Translations under genes and position numbers: made by a program
Assembly: GCA_027053075.1 (NCBI GenBank)
Contig: JALUEE010000047.1
Coordinates: forward strand, 64,001 to 128,000
Direction of reading: 5' to 3'
Length of the DNA: 64,000 bases
Origin: a candidate division WOR-3 bacterium
Lineage (GTDB): Bacteria; Hydrothermota; Hydrothermia; B15-G9; WFZT01
Part shown: positions 39,037-47,283 of the stretch, piece by piece
Layout of the letters: each line of letters opens with the position of its first letter
Position numbering within the stretch: the stretch's first letter is position 1
Notes under the pieces: model-generated
The model's input: only the letters and a program-made list of their open reading frames with translations
The model's database searches: none
Told to the model about the DNA's origin: nothing

Positions 39037-39093
39037 TTGAAAAACTACACTTTTGTTACTATAATATGTAAAAATGTGAGAAAAATACACATT
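39037..39093 (+). promoter_or_regulatory. Promoter TTGAAA-17-TATAAT with candidate operator repeats
   Basis: AAAANTACACWTT at 38884, 39041 and 39081; inverted repeat AATGTG-N9-CACATT at 39073-93. Confidence 0.7.
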
Positions 39094-39106
39094 GAGGTGA
39101 TATAAA

Positions 39107-39448
39107 ATGAACAGAAAATTTAAAGGACTTGCAGACGTAAGGAAAAGGAAAGGTTATACTCAGGAACAGGTGGCAAAATTCCTGGGTATTGATCGCAGCA
39201 CCCTTTCAAGGATTGAAAAAGGGGAAGTAAAAAGAATTCCTTTGTCCTACTTGTTTAAACTTTCAGAGCTTTATAACACTTCTATAAAAGAGCTACTTGA
39301 AATTCTCTATCCCGAAGCTACCAGAAGTCCAAAATTTATGTTTAGAAAAAATTTGCCTTTGAGCACTGATGAGAAAGAAAAGCTGAAGGCCGTGGAAGAG
39401 ATCATCAATAACTTTATTTTTCTCAAAGAAATTCTTGAAGAAGAGTGA
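39107..39448 (+). CDS. XRE-family HTH regulator
   Basis: RKRKGYTQEQVAKFLGIDRSTLSRIEKG. Confidence 0.92.
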   Translation: MNRKFKGLADVRKRKGYTQEQVAKFLGIDRSTLSRIEKGEVKRIPLSYLFKLSELYNTSIKELLEILYPEATRSPKFMFRKNLPLSTDEKEKLKAVEEIINNFIFLKEILEEE

Positions 39449-40206
39449 TGTTAAGAAGATACACAAAACTTGAAATTCGTGAGAAAGTTGACGATATAAA
39501 GCAAGTGTTGAAGTTGGATTCCTGCTATGGAAGCATGAAAAAGCTCAGACAAGCTCTTGAAAGTAATGACTACATTCTCCTTTTCTATCCATTTCATAGA
39601 GAATCGTTTTCAGGTGCCTCATTCCTGGCAAATTCATTGAAAGTGATAGTTATAAACTCTTCCCAATCTCTTGGACGTCAACATTACACTTTAGCTCACG
39701 AACTCGGACACATTGTACTTGGACACGGAGATACGAGTGATGAGATTAATATAGATATTTCCAGCTCCAGAGAAAAGGAGGCAGATAGATTCGCTGCTGA
39801 ATTCTTGCTACCAGAGAGCTGCATCCGTCCATATTTGGTTAAGTTTCAACACAACTTTTTCAATGCTGTAATGCTTATCTATAAAATTTCACAGAATTTT
39901 GAAGTTAGTTTCGAATTTGCACATTACCGAGTAAAAGAATACATCAAGTTTAAAGACACTGAAGAACTTTCCATAAGAAACATAAAAGTGACGAAATTGG
40001 CCGAGTTGCTCAATGGCAATCTCGATATCTACAGGCCTACCGGGGAAAAGTATCTGAGTAGGGAATTATACCTTAATCTTGCCCTTGAAGCCCTGGAAAA
40101 AGAAAAAATCAGCATAGGTAGATTTTTTGAGCTTTTAAATGCACTAAAAAAATTTGACGAACATTTTGATCCTGATGAATTTTATAACCAGGTTAGAGTT
40201 AAGTAA
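39445..40206 (+). CDS. ImmA/IrrE-family (COG2856) Zn metallopeptidase
   Basis: RQHYTLAHELGH, EKEADRFAAEFLLP. Confidence 0.92.
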   Translation: MMLRRYTKLEIREKVDDIKQVLKLDSCYGSMKKLRQALESNDYILLFYPFHRESFSGASFLANSLKVIVINSSQSLGRQHYTLAHELGHIVLGHGDTSDEINIDISSSREKEADRFAAEFLLPESCIRPYLVKFQHNFFNAVMLIYKISQNFEVSFEFAHYRVKEYIKFKDTEELSIRNIKVTKLAELLNGNLDIYRPTGEKYLSRELYLNLALEALEKEKISIGRFFELLNALKKFDEHFDPDEFYNQVRVK

Positions 40207-40717
40207 ATATACGTTTTTCTGTGACAATACCGTCCTTTCAAATTTCGCAAGTGTCCAAGAAATTGATCTTTTATGCCACATACTTTCTCATGTGGAAAAT
40301 GCATATACAACGAATCTTGTAATGAATGAGTTTAACCGACGATTCTATGAAATAAGCATTCCATGTTTAGAGGTCAAGCGAGTACAATCCAAAATTGTTC
40401 AAAATTTGCAGAGAATTGAACCTTATAGGAGGCTTGGGCAAGGTGAACTATCTCTATTTGTTTTAGCTAAATCACCAGAAACCACATTTATAATTCTTAC
40501 AGATGATCGAATGGCAAGAAAATTATTTGAAAAAGAGGGCTTTCAGGTTCATGTCACCGTTTTCTTGCTCGTTCTTGCTGTATGTTTCGAAATAATCCCT
40601 ACAAAAATCGCATTTCAGATACTTGAGGACATGATTGACAAAGGCTACTATTTCAAATTCAAAGGAGAACAAGACGGTTTGTTAAAGAAAATTGAGGATA
40701 TTTGTGGTGAAAAGTAA
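40175..40717 (+). CDS. PIN-domain protein (DUF3368-like)
   Basis: CDNTVLSNF, VMNE, LGQGE, ILTDDRMARK; start uncertain (40154 or 40175). Confidence 0.8.
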   Translation: MNFITRLELSKYTFFCDNTVLSNFASVQEIDLLCHILSHVENAYTTNLVMNEFNRRFYEISIPCLEVKRVQSKIVQNLQRIEPYRRLGQGELSLFVLAKSPETTFIILTDDRMARKLFEKEGFQVHVTVFLLVLAVCFEIIPTKIAFQILEDMIDKGYYFKFKGEQDGLLKKIEDICGEK

Positions 40718-40757
40718 TGTCAAATCGAAAAATATGCCTTATCGTATCGTCTTCTTT

Positions 40758-42371
40758 TCACACCTTATATCTGTAGGGGCATTGGAGGCAGCGGGATGCC
40801 TCTCTTTTTGCATCCTCCAGTGAAAATTCTTTATCTACAACGATAAATGAGCTCTTCCTCTTATCTGGATGCTCCTGCTCGATTTTTACAGGAGTATAAA
40901 TCTCTGGCCTTTTATCGAGCTTCTTCGGCTTTACATAGTATTCAAAGCTAAAGACCCAGTTGATGAAGCTTTTAACAGGTCCATCGTATTTCCTTATTAT
41001 TTTCTCGGCGAGCTTTCTTCCCCTTGCGATTGCTTCAACCACCAGAGGGGCACCTCGAATGACGTAAACATTTTCACCCCTAATATTTTCAAGGAGACGT
41101 CTCTCAGCACCCTGGCCAATTGCCACAATTACCGAGTCTCCGCGGGAAACCGGTGTTTCAACAGACTCGTCAAATTCAGGATTGAATCTGCCGCTTTCAT
41201 CAAACACACTCACACACTTCTTGGTATGAACCTCTATCTTTCCGTCCTTTGAAACCAATCGTTTCACACCAAGCTCTCCGTGGAAAACAACCCCCTCCTC
41301 AAGTGCCTCCTCAATCTCCTTATCATCTGCAGGAAGTCTCTCCGGTGACTTCAGGTCTGTTTTCTCGAGAGAAACGATTGTGACCTTCTTTGCTCCAAGT
41401 CTCAGTGAAACACGCGCAGAGTCTATTGCAACATCTCCACCACCAATTACAATTACCTCATCACCGATGTCTGGCTTATCCCCCTTATTAACCCGGAAAA
41501 GAAAATCGAGGCTCGTATAAACCCTCTCGAGGTCTTCCCCCTCAACACCGAGTCTTCTTGCCGCATAATCACCGATAGACACGATAACGACATCGTACTC
41601 TTTAGAAAGCTCATCCACAGTGTAATCCCGACCTAATTCAACGCCCGTTTTAAACTCGATTCCCTCGTCGATCAACCTCTGTACTTCTTTCTTAGTAATG
41701 TGTTTCGGCAGCCTGTAATCAGGGACTCCATACCTCATCATCCCACCGGGCTCAGGTTCCCTTTCATAAACTGTGACACGGAACCCTGCCTGTCTCAGAT
41801 AATGGGCAGCCGAAAGGCCTGCAGGCCCGCCCCCGACGACCGCAACTCCTACATTTCTTTCATTCTTCGGGGGCTTAAATTCGAGCTTTCCATATGTAGA
41901 TGCAGCCCGCTTGAGATGCTTGATATGGACAGGCTCGTCATATCGCCTCCTCGAACACGCCTTCTCGCAGGGGGCGGGGCAAAGGTATCCAAGAACTCCG
42001 GGGAAAGGTGCCTTCTTAGCGATTAATTCGAGGGCATCGTCAAACCTGCCCTCCCGGATAAGCTGGATATAGCCAGCCACATCAATATCAGCGGGACATG
42101 CCCGCCTGCAGGGAGGCTTTTGATAAATGGGCCCCTTATAAGCATCAAGGAGATTGAGAAACCAGATAGTGAGGTACCCGATAACAACAGAAATAAATGC
42201 GGGGCTCATGCCCTTGTAAACTTTGGTGAAAAAGTAAATGCTCGGGTATGTAATGGCTATAAAAAACAATCCGGACCCGATTCTGCCCCGGTATAGCTGG
42301 CCAAATCCGGGCAGAAAAAATGAAATCCAGAAAGCTATCTTTCTCTTCTTTTCCTCTCTTTTAAGCTCCAT
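40758..42371 (-). CDS. GltD/DsrL-like FAD/NAD(P)/Fe-S oxidoreductase with N-terminal membrane domain
   Basis: TM segment, then PCRRACP..CPAPCEKAC, GGGPAG, GGGDVA, C-terminal EASRCLQC. Confidence 0.88.
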   Translation of the reverse strand: MELKREEKKRKIAFWISFFLPGFGQLYRGRIGSGLFFIAITYPSIYFFTKVYKGMSPAFISVVIGYLTIWFLNLLDAYKGPIYQKPPCRRACPADIDVAGYIQLIREGRFDDALELIAKKAPFPGVLGYLCPAPCEKACSRRRYDEPVHIKHLKRAASTYGKLEFKPPKNERNVGVAVVGGGPAGLSAAHYLRQAGFRVTVYEREPEPGGMMRYGVPDYRLPKHITKKEVQRLIDEGIEFKTGVELGRDYTVDELSKEYDVVIVSIGDYAARRLGVEGEDLERVYTSLDFLFRVNKGDKPDIGDEVIVIGGGDVAIDSARVSLRLGAKKVTIVSLEKTDLKSPERLPADDKEIEEALEEGVVFHGELGVKRLVSKDGKIEVHTKKCVSVFDESGRFNPEFDESVETPVSRGDSVIVAIGQGAERRLLENIRGENVYVIRGAPLVVEAIARGRKLAEKIIRKYDGPVKSFINWVFSFEYYVKPKKLDKRPEIYTPVKIEQEHPDKRKSSFIVVDKEFSLEDAKREASRCLQCPYRYKV

Positions 42372-42372
42372 T

Positions 42373-43728
42373 TTAGAAGACAACTGTCGCCTTGAGCATC
42401 ACTCCGCTAAATTCAGGCTCATACCTGCAGATTCCACCTGAACACACAAAATCTCCTCTCATCGAACCCACAATGAGATCGAGGCTTAAATTATTGAATA
42501 TCTGCCCCTTAAACTCAACGTTTGACCACCTGTTACGCAGATCCCCCACTCTATTCTGGACAGTAAAGATGACCCCATAATTCTCTCCCAATCCGATGCT
42601 GAAAGCCACATCCCTGTCCGTGTAATGCTTCCCATCGTCTATCCTTTTCCTGTTTTTAAAAGAAATCTCGAGGCTATAAGTACCCATCTGCCAGCCATAA
42701 TCAAATTCTGGCTCGATTTCCTCTCTCCTTCCAACTCCAATTGCAATCTGACCATTTGTGAGTTTTAGATAGCCTAAATCAACCTCCCCATAGTGAGTTT
42801 CATCCTGAAACTGATTCTGCCAGAAGACTTCATTCATATCACTCTTCTTGCCGTAATAACCCGTCGAGTACAGCCGGGAAAGCGAGAGATTGGCTGTGTA
42901 GAAGTCCGAAGGGGCAAAGTTTAAAGTTAGCGCCGCTGCCCTTTCGTCCATTGCCTCATTCAGGTAAATCCCGGATTTATTCAATGTCGGGGGAATGCCA
43001 TAATCTTTCCCGAAGAGCCAGTAATCACGAAATTCCGCCACAGCTCCAAAATTCTCTCGGGAATAGGAAATAGACAAATAATCCGCGAAGCCCTGCTTTT
43101 CCATCTGGAGGATTTTATTAAAACCAGACCTCATTCCAAATTCAAAATACATGGCAAGGGAGCCTTTCCCGAGGATGGTTCTCAGTGAATAATAGTCAGT
43201 CTTCGTGTTATCTTTCGCTCTTGCCTCAAGTACGCTTCCTCCTACTTTCACGCCCTTCATGAAGTTAAAAAGTGCATCTGAGCCGAAGAGGAGGCTTGTG
43301 GAATCTGGCTGAAGCTGATGGTCAATATAAACCTTTGAAATTCCGCCAAATGCTTTGACTATGCCAGCAGGGCCAGCTACCTCCATGTAAAGACCGTTTA
43401 TGAACCTGTCCATCTTCAGGACTTCATCCTTTGCCGCATAGAGGATTAATCCGCGTCCGAAGGTAATATAAGAAGAGCCGACTCTAAGCAATACGTGCTG
43501 ATTGTGGGTTTCGGCATATCCTTTGAGAACACCAAGTCTTTCCTGAAAAGCCATGGTGGTCTCCGGGTGGAAATAGGAATAGTTGAGTCCAAGTGAAAAA
43601 TTTCCCTGCCAGGCACCGATATCAGTTTCCTCGATAATTCTGACGCCATCTGATTTATAAAACCTCGTCTCGATTCCACTGGAAAGCGATAAATTTAAGC
43701 TCATCAGCACAATTACGAAAATATTCAT
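42373..43728 (-). CDS. Outer-membrane beta-barrel, DUF6029-like
   Basis: FGRGLIL, alternating beta pattern, C-terminal CSGGICRYEPEFSG and terminal F. Confidence 0.7.
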   Translation of the reverse strand: MNIFVIVLMSLNLSLSSGIETRFYKSDGVRIIEETDIGAWQGNFSLGLNYSYFHPETTMAFQERLGVLKGYAETHNQHVLLRVGSSYITFGRGLILYAAKDEVLKMDRFINGLYMEVAGPAGIVKAFGGISKVYIDHQLQPDSTSLLFGSDALFNFMKGVKVGGSVLEARAKDNTKTDYYSLRTILGKGSLAMYFEFGMRSGFNKILQMEKQGFADYLSISYSRENFGAVAEFRDYWLFGKDYGIPPTLNKSGIYLNEAMDERAAALTLNFAPSDFYTANLSLSRLYSTGYYGKKSDMNEVFWQNQFQDETHYGEVDLGYLKLTNGQIAIGVGRREEIEPEFDYGWQMGTYSLEISFKNRKRIDDGKHYTDRDVAFSIGLGENYGVIFTVQNRVGDLRNRWSNVEFKGQIFNNLSLDLIVGSMRGDFVCSGGICRYEPEFSGVMLKATVVF

Positions 43729-44831
43729 TTTCCTGCCTCCACTGTTAATCTGAAGGAGTCTCTTACCGTGGAATCCGTAAGGGACCAGACCTTGATCCAG
43801 ACTAATCCCGATGGGGCTGTAGAGTCGGAATGGTAAAATTCTACCTGATAAGTGCTATCAATCTCGCCTGCTGCAACTGTGTCTATGGTGTGAAGGAATG
43901 GCAGGCAATAATTGCCGCACAGACTCACAAGCCAGATTGAATCGAGAGAATCCCGGTCAACACTGAGGTAAAAAGTATCGTCAACAGATTGGTTGTTACG
44001 AATGTATATCCTCGTTGCCACCTGGAGTTCTTGAGGGACAGAGAGGACCGAATCAGCTGTATAAACATCCACAGGTTGCACAGCTGACGAGGCAAGGTCA
44101 TCGAGGGCTATCTTTGCAACATCAACGACTTCCTTTGTATTATTATCCTGGAGAAAAACCACGAAATCGACACTGTCTGGATTTATGGCATGGGGAATTT
44201 CGAATGCAAAAGCGGATGAATCTCCACTCATCCCTTCAGCACCACCTACCATATCACGGAGGAGATAGTTGTAAAGCGTATCACCGTTGGGAGCCTGATA
44301 ATGAATCCCTGATTCAACCATAGCCACCCTGATTTTTGCTCCATCAAAGGTGGTATCAACACTAACATAAAGAGTTCCAGACCGAGTAGCAGTGTTATAG
44401 ACCCCACTCAGGTTAAGAACTTTTCTGTAATCCCTGTTATGCAATTCCTGAATCTTTGCTCCCCACGAAGGTGCTCCTGAGGTTCCTGTGTAGCTTGCCA
44501 CTCCGTTGAACACGAGATATGGAGTACCTGGATTGGTGGAACCGTAATAGTAAACTATTCTCGCATTGATATCCTCAGAATCTGCGAGATAGAAGGGGTC
44601 GTTGGGATCAGGAACTCCTATGTGATAGTTGATAAGGTAGAGGTTGGAATCAGCCTGCATGAGGGAATCTATAATTTCTTCAGCTTCGGGACAGTGGACG
44701 CAGGCATCGTTGGAGAAGAGTTCGATGAGAACAGGGGCGGAGCCGCCTGTTTGCGGAGCAAACAGGCGGCTCCGCTTTATACATCCTCCCATTAAAATTA
44801 CTATCAATAGCACAAACGATAATCTTCTCAT
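43725..44831 (-). CDS. Omp28-related thioredoxin-fold lipoprotein
   Basis: Lipobox MGGC; ELFSNDACVHC; DPFY; GTPYLVFNG; VVFLQD. Confidence 0.85.
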   Translation of the reverse strand: MRRLSFVLLIVILMGGCIKRSRLFAPQTGGSAPVLIELFSNDACVHCPEAEEIIDSLMQADSNLYLINYHIGVPDPNDPFYLADSEDINARIVYYYGSTNPGTPYLVFNGVASYTGTSGAPSWGAKIQELHNRDYRKVLNLSGVYNTATRSGTLYVSVDTTFDGAKIRVAMVESGIHYQAPNGDTLYNYLLRDMVGGAEGMSGDSSAFAFEIPHAINPDSVDFVVFLQDNNTKEVVDVAKIALDDLASSAVQPVDVYTADSVLSVPQELQVATRIYIRNNQSVDDTFYLSVDRDSLDSIWLVSLCGNYCLPFLHTIDTVAAGEIDSTYQVEFYHSDSTAPSGLVWIKVWSLTDSTVRDSFRLTVEAGK

Positions 44832-46621
44832 TTCACTATCACAAACCTGTAACTTTTATCTCCTGACCTCAAGAAGTAAACACCAACACCGAGATCACTC
44901 AGCCTTATCTCAAGTCTATTGCTACCAGCCCTAACAGTTCTCTCAAAGGATTTCCTCAACCTCCCTGACGCATCAAAGATGGCAAAATTCATCCTTCCGT
45001 TAATGGGTGAGTAAACGTTCATTTTTAGAACGTTTGAAACTATTCCATTTAACTCAATTTTACCCTGGATGCGTGGCGAAATTCTCTCCTGAACATCCGT
45101 ATATGGACCCACAAGTACATCATCAATGTACCAGCCCTCACGATTGACACTCGAATCTGTTACAAGCCTGAACCTGAATTTGGTAACCATACCAGCTATG
45201 TCGTTGAGATTTATATTTTCAGCTCCCCACAGATGGAACCCAGAAAAACTCTCAAGACTAACCCATTTATTACCCTCGAAAATCTCAACAAATCCGTTGT
45301 CTCCACTTCCAAGCTGATAGTAGTGGAAAAACAGAAAAAATCCGTGTGAAGGGACAACAATCCATGGGGACTCGAGATAAGAATCAGTGTTTCCTGGATA
45401 CGTATGAGTAGAATCGTCACTCGAATACCAGCTGTGACGGGGGCTGTGACTTTTACGAGTTGTTATATGCCAGCAATCATTGGTTCCTCCGTGTGTCCAC
45501 TCACCCACACCGTTTTCCACATTGTCAAAGAATCCGGGATGGTTTGTGACCTTAAAAGGTATGGAATCAACAAATGTATCCTGGTTTGCGGTCATAGAGA
45601 GATGTAACCATGTCATATAATTGTCCGGTGTATTGGGTGACACCTGAATGGTGAAGGGTGTTGGGCACTCGCCCTGTGAAAAGACAGGAAGCGTATCAAG
45701 AGTGGTGTTTGCTGAAGTGATAGTCAGGTAGGGATCACTTGTCGAGAGAGTCGCCGAAATTCCGGTTAAAGTCACTTTCCCGGTATTCTGAAGTGTCACA
45801 TACATGTCAACTGTCTCACCAGGCTGTGCTACATTATTGTTGTTACCACCCGTCTGATCAGATAGACGATATTTGAGATATTGAAGGCCCACCCCCGGAA
45901 ATAGCCATTGAGTTTCTGCCTGATAAACGCTTTTCGTTGCATAATTCTGGACAAACACCACAACCTGACAGTTGTTTTCATTCCAGCGGGGGTCAATGGT
46001 AAATTCAGCAGTATCATAAATTGTCTGATTTGGGGGCACATCTATCGCTTTACCGGTAGCATTAGGGATCATATCTCTCATTACCTGATTATGAATGTCC
46101 TCACCATTAGGAGCCTGGTAATAGAGATTAGACTCGGTGATAACATAGAATAGACGAAGATTGCTATGAGTGGAGTCTGATTCGTTAGAAATCTGAGTGT
46201 AAACAAAGCCGGTATTTTTGGTCGAATCATACTGAACCTGCATATTGATTCCTATGGACGTGGGTTTATTCAGCTCTGATTGAATATAGGTTGGCCAGGG
46301 ACCAGACTGATAGCCTCCATCTACTGTCCCATCAATCCACAGATGAGGTGTGTAATCAGCCCCATAAAAGTTGATTCGTGCAGAATTCTCATCTGGATTG
46401 GCAGCATAAAACGGATCAGACCTACTTGGCCACCAAGCATGGTACCTTACGACAACAAGCTGGTCAGGAAACTGGTCTAATAAAGCGTCAAGAGCATAAT
46501 TGGCACTTGCGCAGCCAGGACATGCAGTGTTCGTGATAAGCTCCCCCAGCACCTTTCTCTGAACTGCCCAAATACTTGCGGGGAGCAACATGATGAGCAT
46601 GATTACGACAATCTTTTTCAT
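44828..46621 (-). CDS. Omp28-related protein with Ig/MAM-like domains and T9SS C-terminal sorting domain
   Basis: ELITNTACPGC, YHAWWP..DPFY, GWYIDDV; CTD IFDASGR..GVYFL..RFVIVK. Confidence 0.85.
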   Translation of the reverse strand: MKKIVVIMLIMLLPASIWAVQRKVLGELITNTACPGCASANYALDALLDQFPDQLVVVRYHAWWPSRSDPFYAANPDENSARINFYGADYTPHLWIDGTVDGGYQSGPWPTYIQSELNKPTSIGINMQVQYDSTKNTGFVYTQISNESDSTHSNLRLFYVITESNLYYQAPNGEDIHNQVMRDMIPNATGKAIDVPPNQTIYDTAEFTIDPRWNENNCQVVVFVQNYATKSVYQAETQWLFPGVGLQYLKYRLSDQTGGNNNNVAQPGETVDMYVTLQNTGKVTLTGISATLSTSDPYLTITSANTTLDTLPVFSQGECPTPFTIQVSPNTPDNYMTWLHLSMTANQDTFVDSIPFKVTNHPGFFDNVENGVGEWTHGGTNDCWHITTRKSHSPRHSWYSSDDSTHTYPGNTDSYLESPWIVVPSHGFFLFFHYYQLGSGDNGFVEIFEGNKWVSLESFSGFHLWGAENINLNDIAGMVTKFRFRLVTDSSVNREGWYIDDVLVGPYTDVQERISPRIQGKIELNGIVSNVLKMNVYSPINGRMNFAIFDASGRLRKSFERTVRAGSNRLEIRLSDLGVGVYFLRSGDKSYRFVIVK

Positions 46622-46624
46622 AAG

Positions 46625-47116
46625 CTACTTGCCTCCTTTAAATTTAACACCACATTTTTCAAGAACTTCCCTAACATCGTTCTTTTCTTTCGGCTTATAA
46701 CCAACCCTGAAATATATGACTTTTCCCGTTGTATCCACAACATAGAGGGTTGGTAAGGCCATAACCTTGTACATTAACTTAACCTTTTTCTGCGAATCGA
46801 GGAGTACAGGAAATTTCCAGCCCCGGGATTTTACCATGCTCTTAACGCGTGATATCTTGGATGGATTGTCCTCGTTGATAGAAATTAGATAGAAAAGTGT
46901 ATCGGGTGAGGAGAGCCACAATTCCTGCAGTTCTTTTAGCGCGCGTCCACAAGACCTGCACCAGGTAGCCCAAAAATCTATGACAACTGGCTTAGTTTTA
47001 TATAGTTTACTCAAGGTATAGGTTTTGCCCTGAAGACTTTTTAGGGTAAAATCAGGCGCTGCCTGCTCTGCATATAGACCTGTTACAAGCAAAGCAAAAA
47101 TTAAGTACTTCATCAT
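46625..47116 (-). CDS. TlpA-family thiol:disulfide oxidoreductase
   Basis: Signal peptide, APDFTL, DFWATWCRSC, ALPT. Confidence 0.92.
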   Translation of the reverse strand: MMKYLIFALLVTGLYAEQAAPDFTLKSLQGKTYTLSKLYKTKPVVIDFWATWCRSCGRALKELQELWLSSPDTLFYLISINEDNPSKISRVKSMVKSRGWKFPVLLDSQKKVKLMYKVMALPTLYVVDTTGKVIYFRVGYKPKEKNDVREVLEKCGVKFKGGK

Positions 47117-47283
47117 TGCCTCCACTGATAGAATACGCCCATTCTAATAAAAATACAGTGTTTTTTCAAGAAGCAATCAGGTCCGCCGGTGGAACTTCCC
47201 AAAACGAATGGAGATTTTTTCCATCTTCTCAGATTTGACAGTAAGAGAAAGTTGCGAGAAAATATTTCAAAAACAAAGGAGAT

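Noticed and set aside
43725..47116. Selenocysteine in the Omp28/TlpA CxxC motifs
   Set aside because: All motifs are Cys-encoded in uninterrupted ORFs, with no in-frame TGA.
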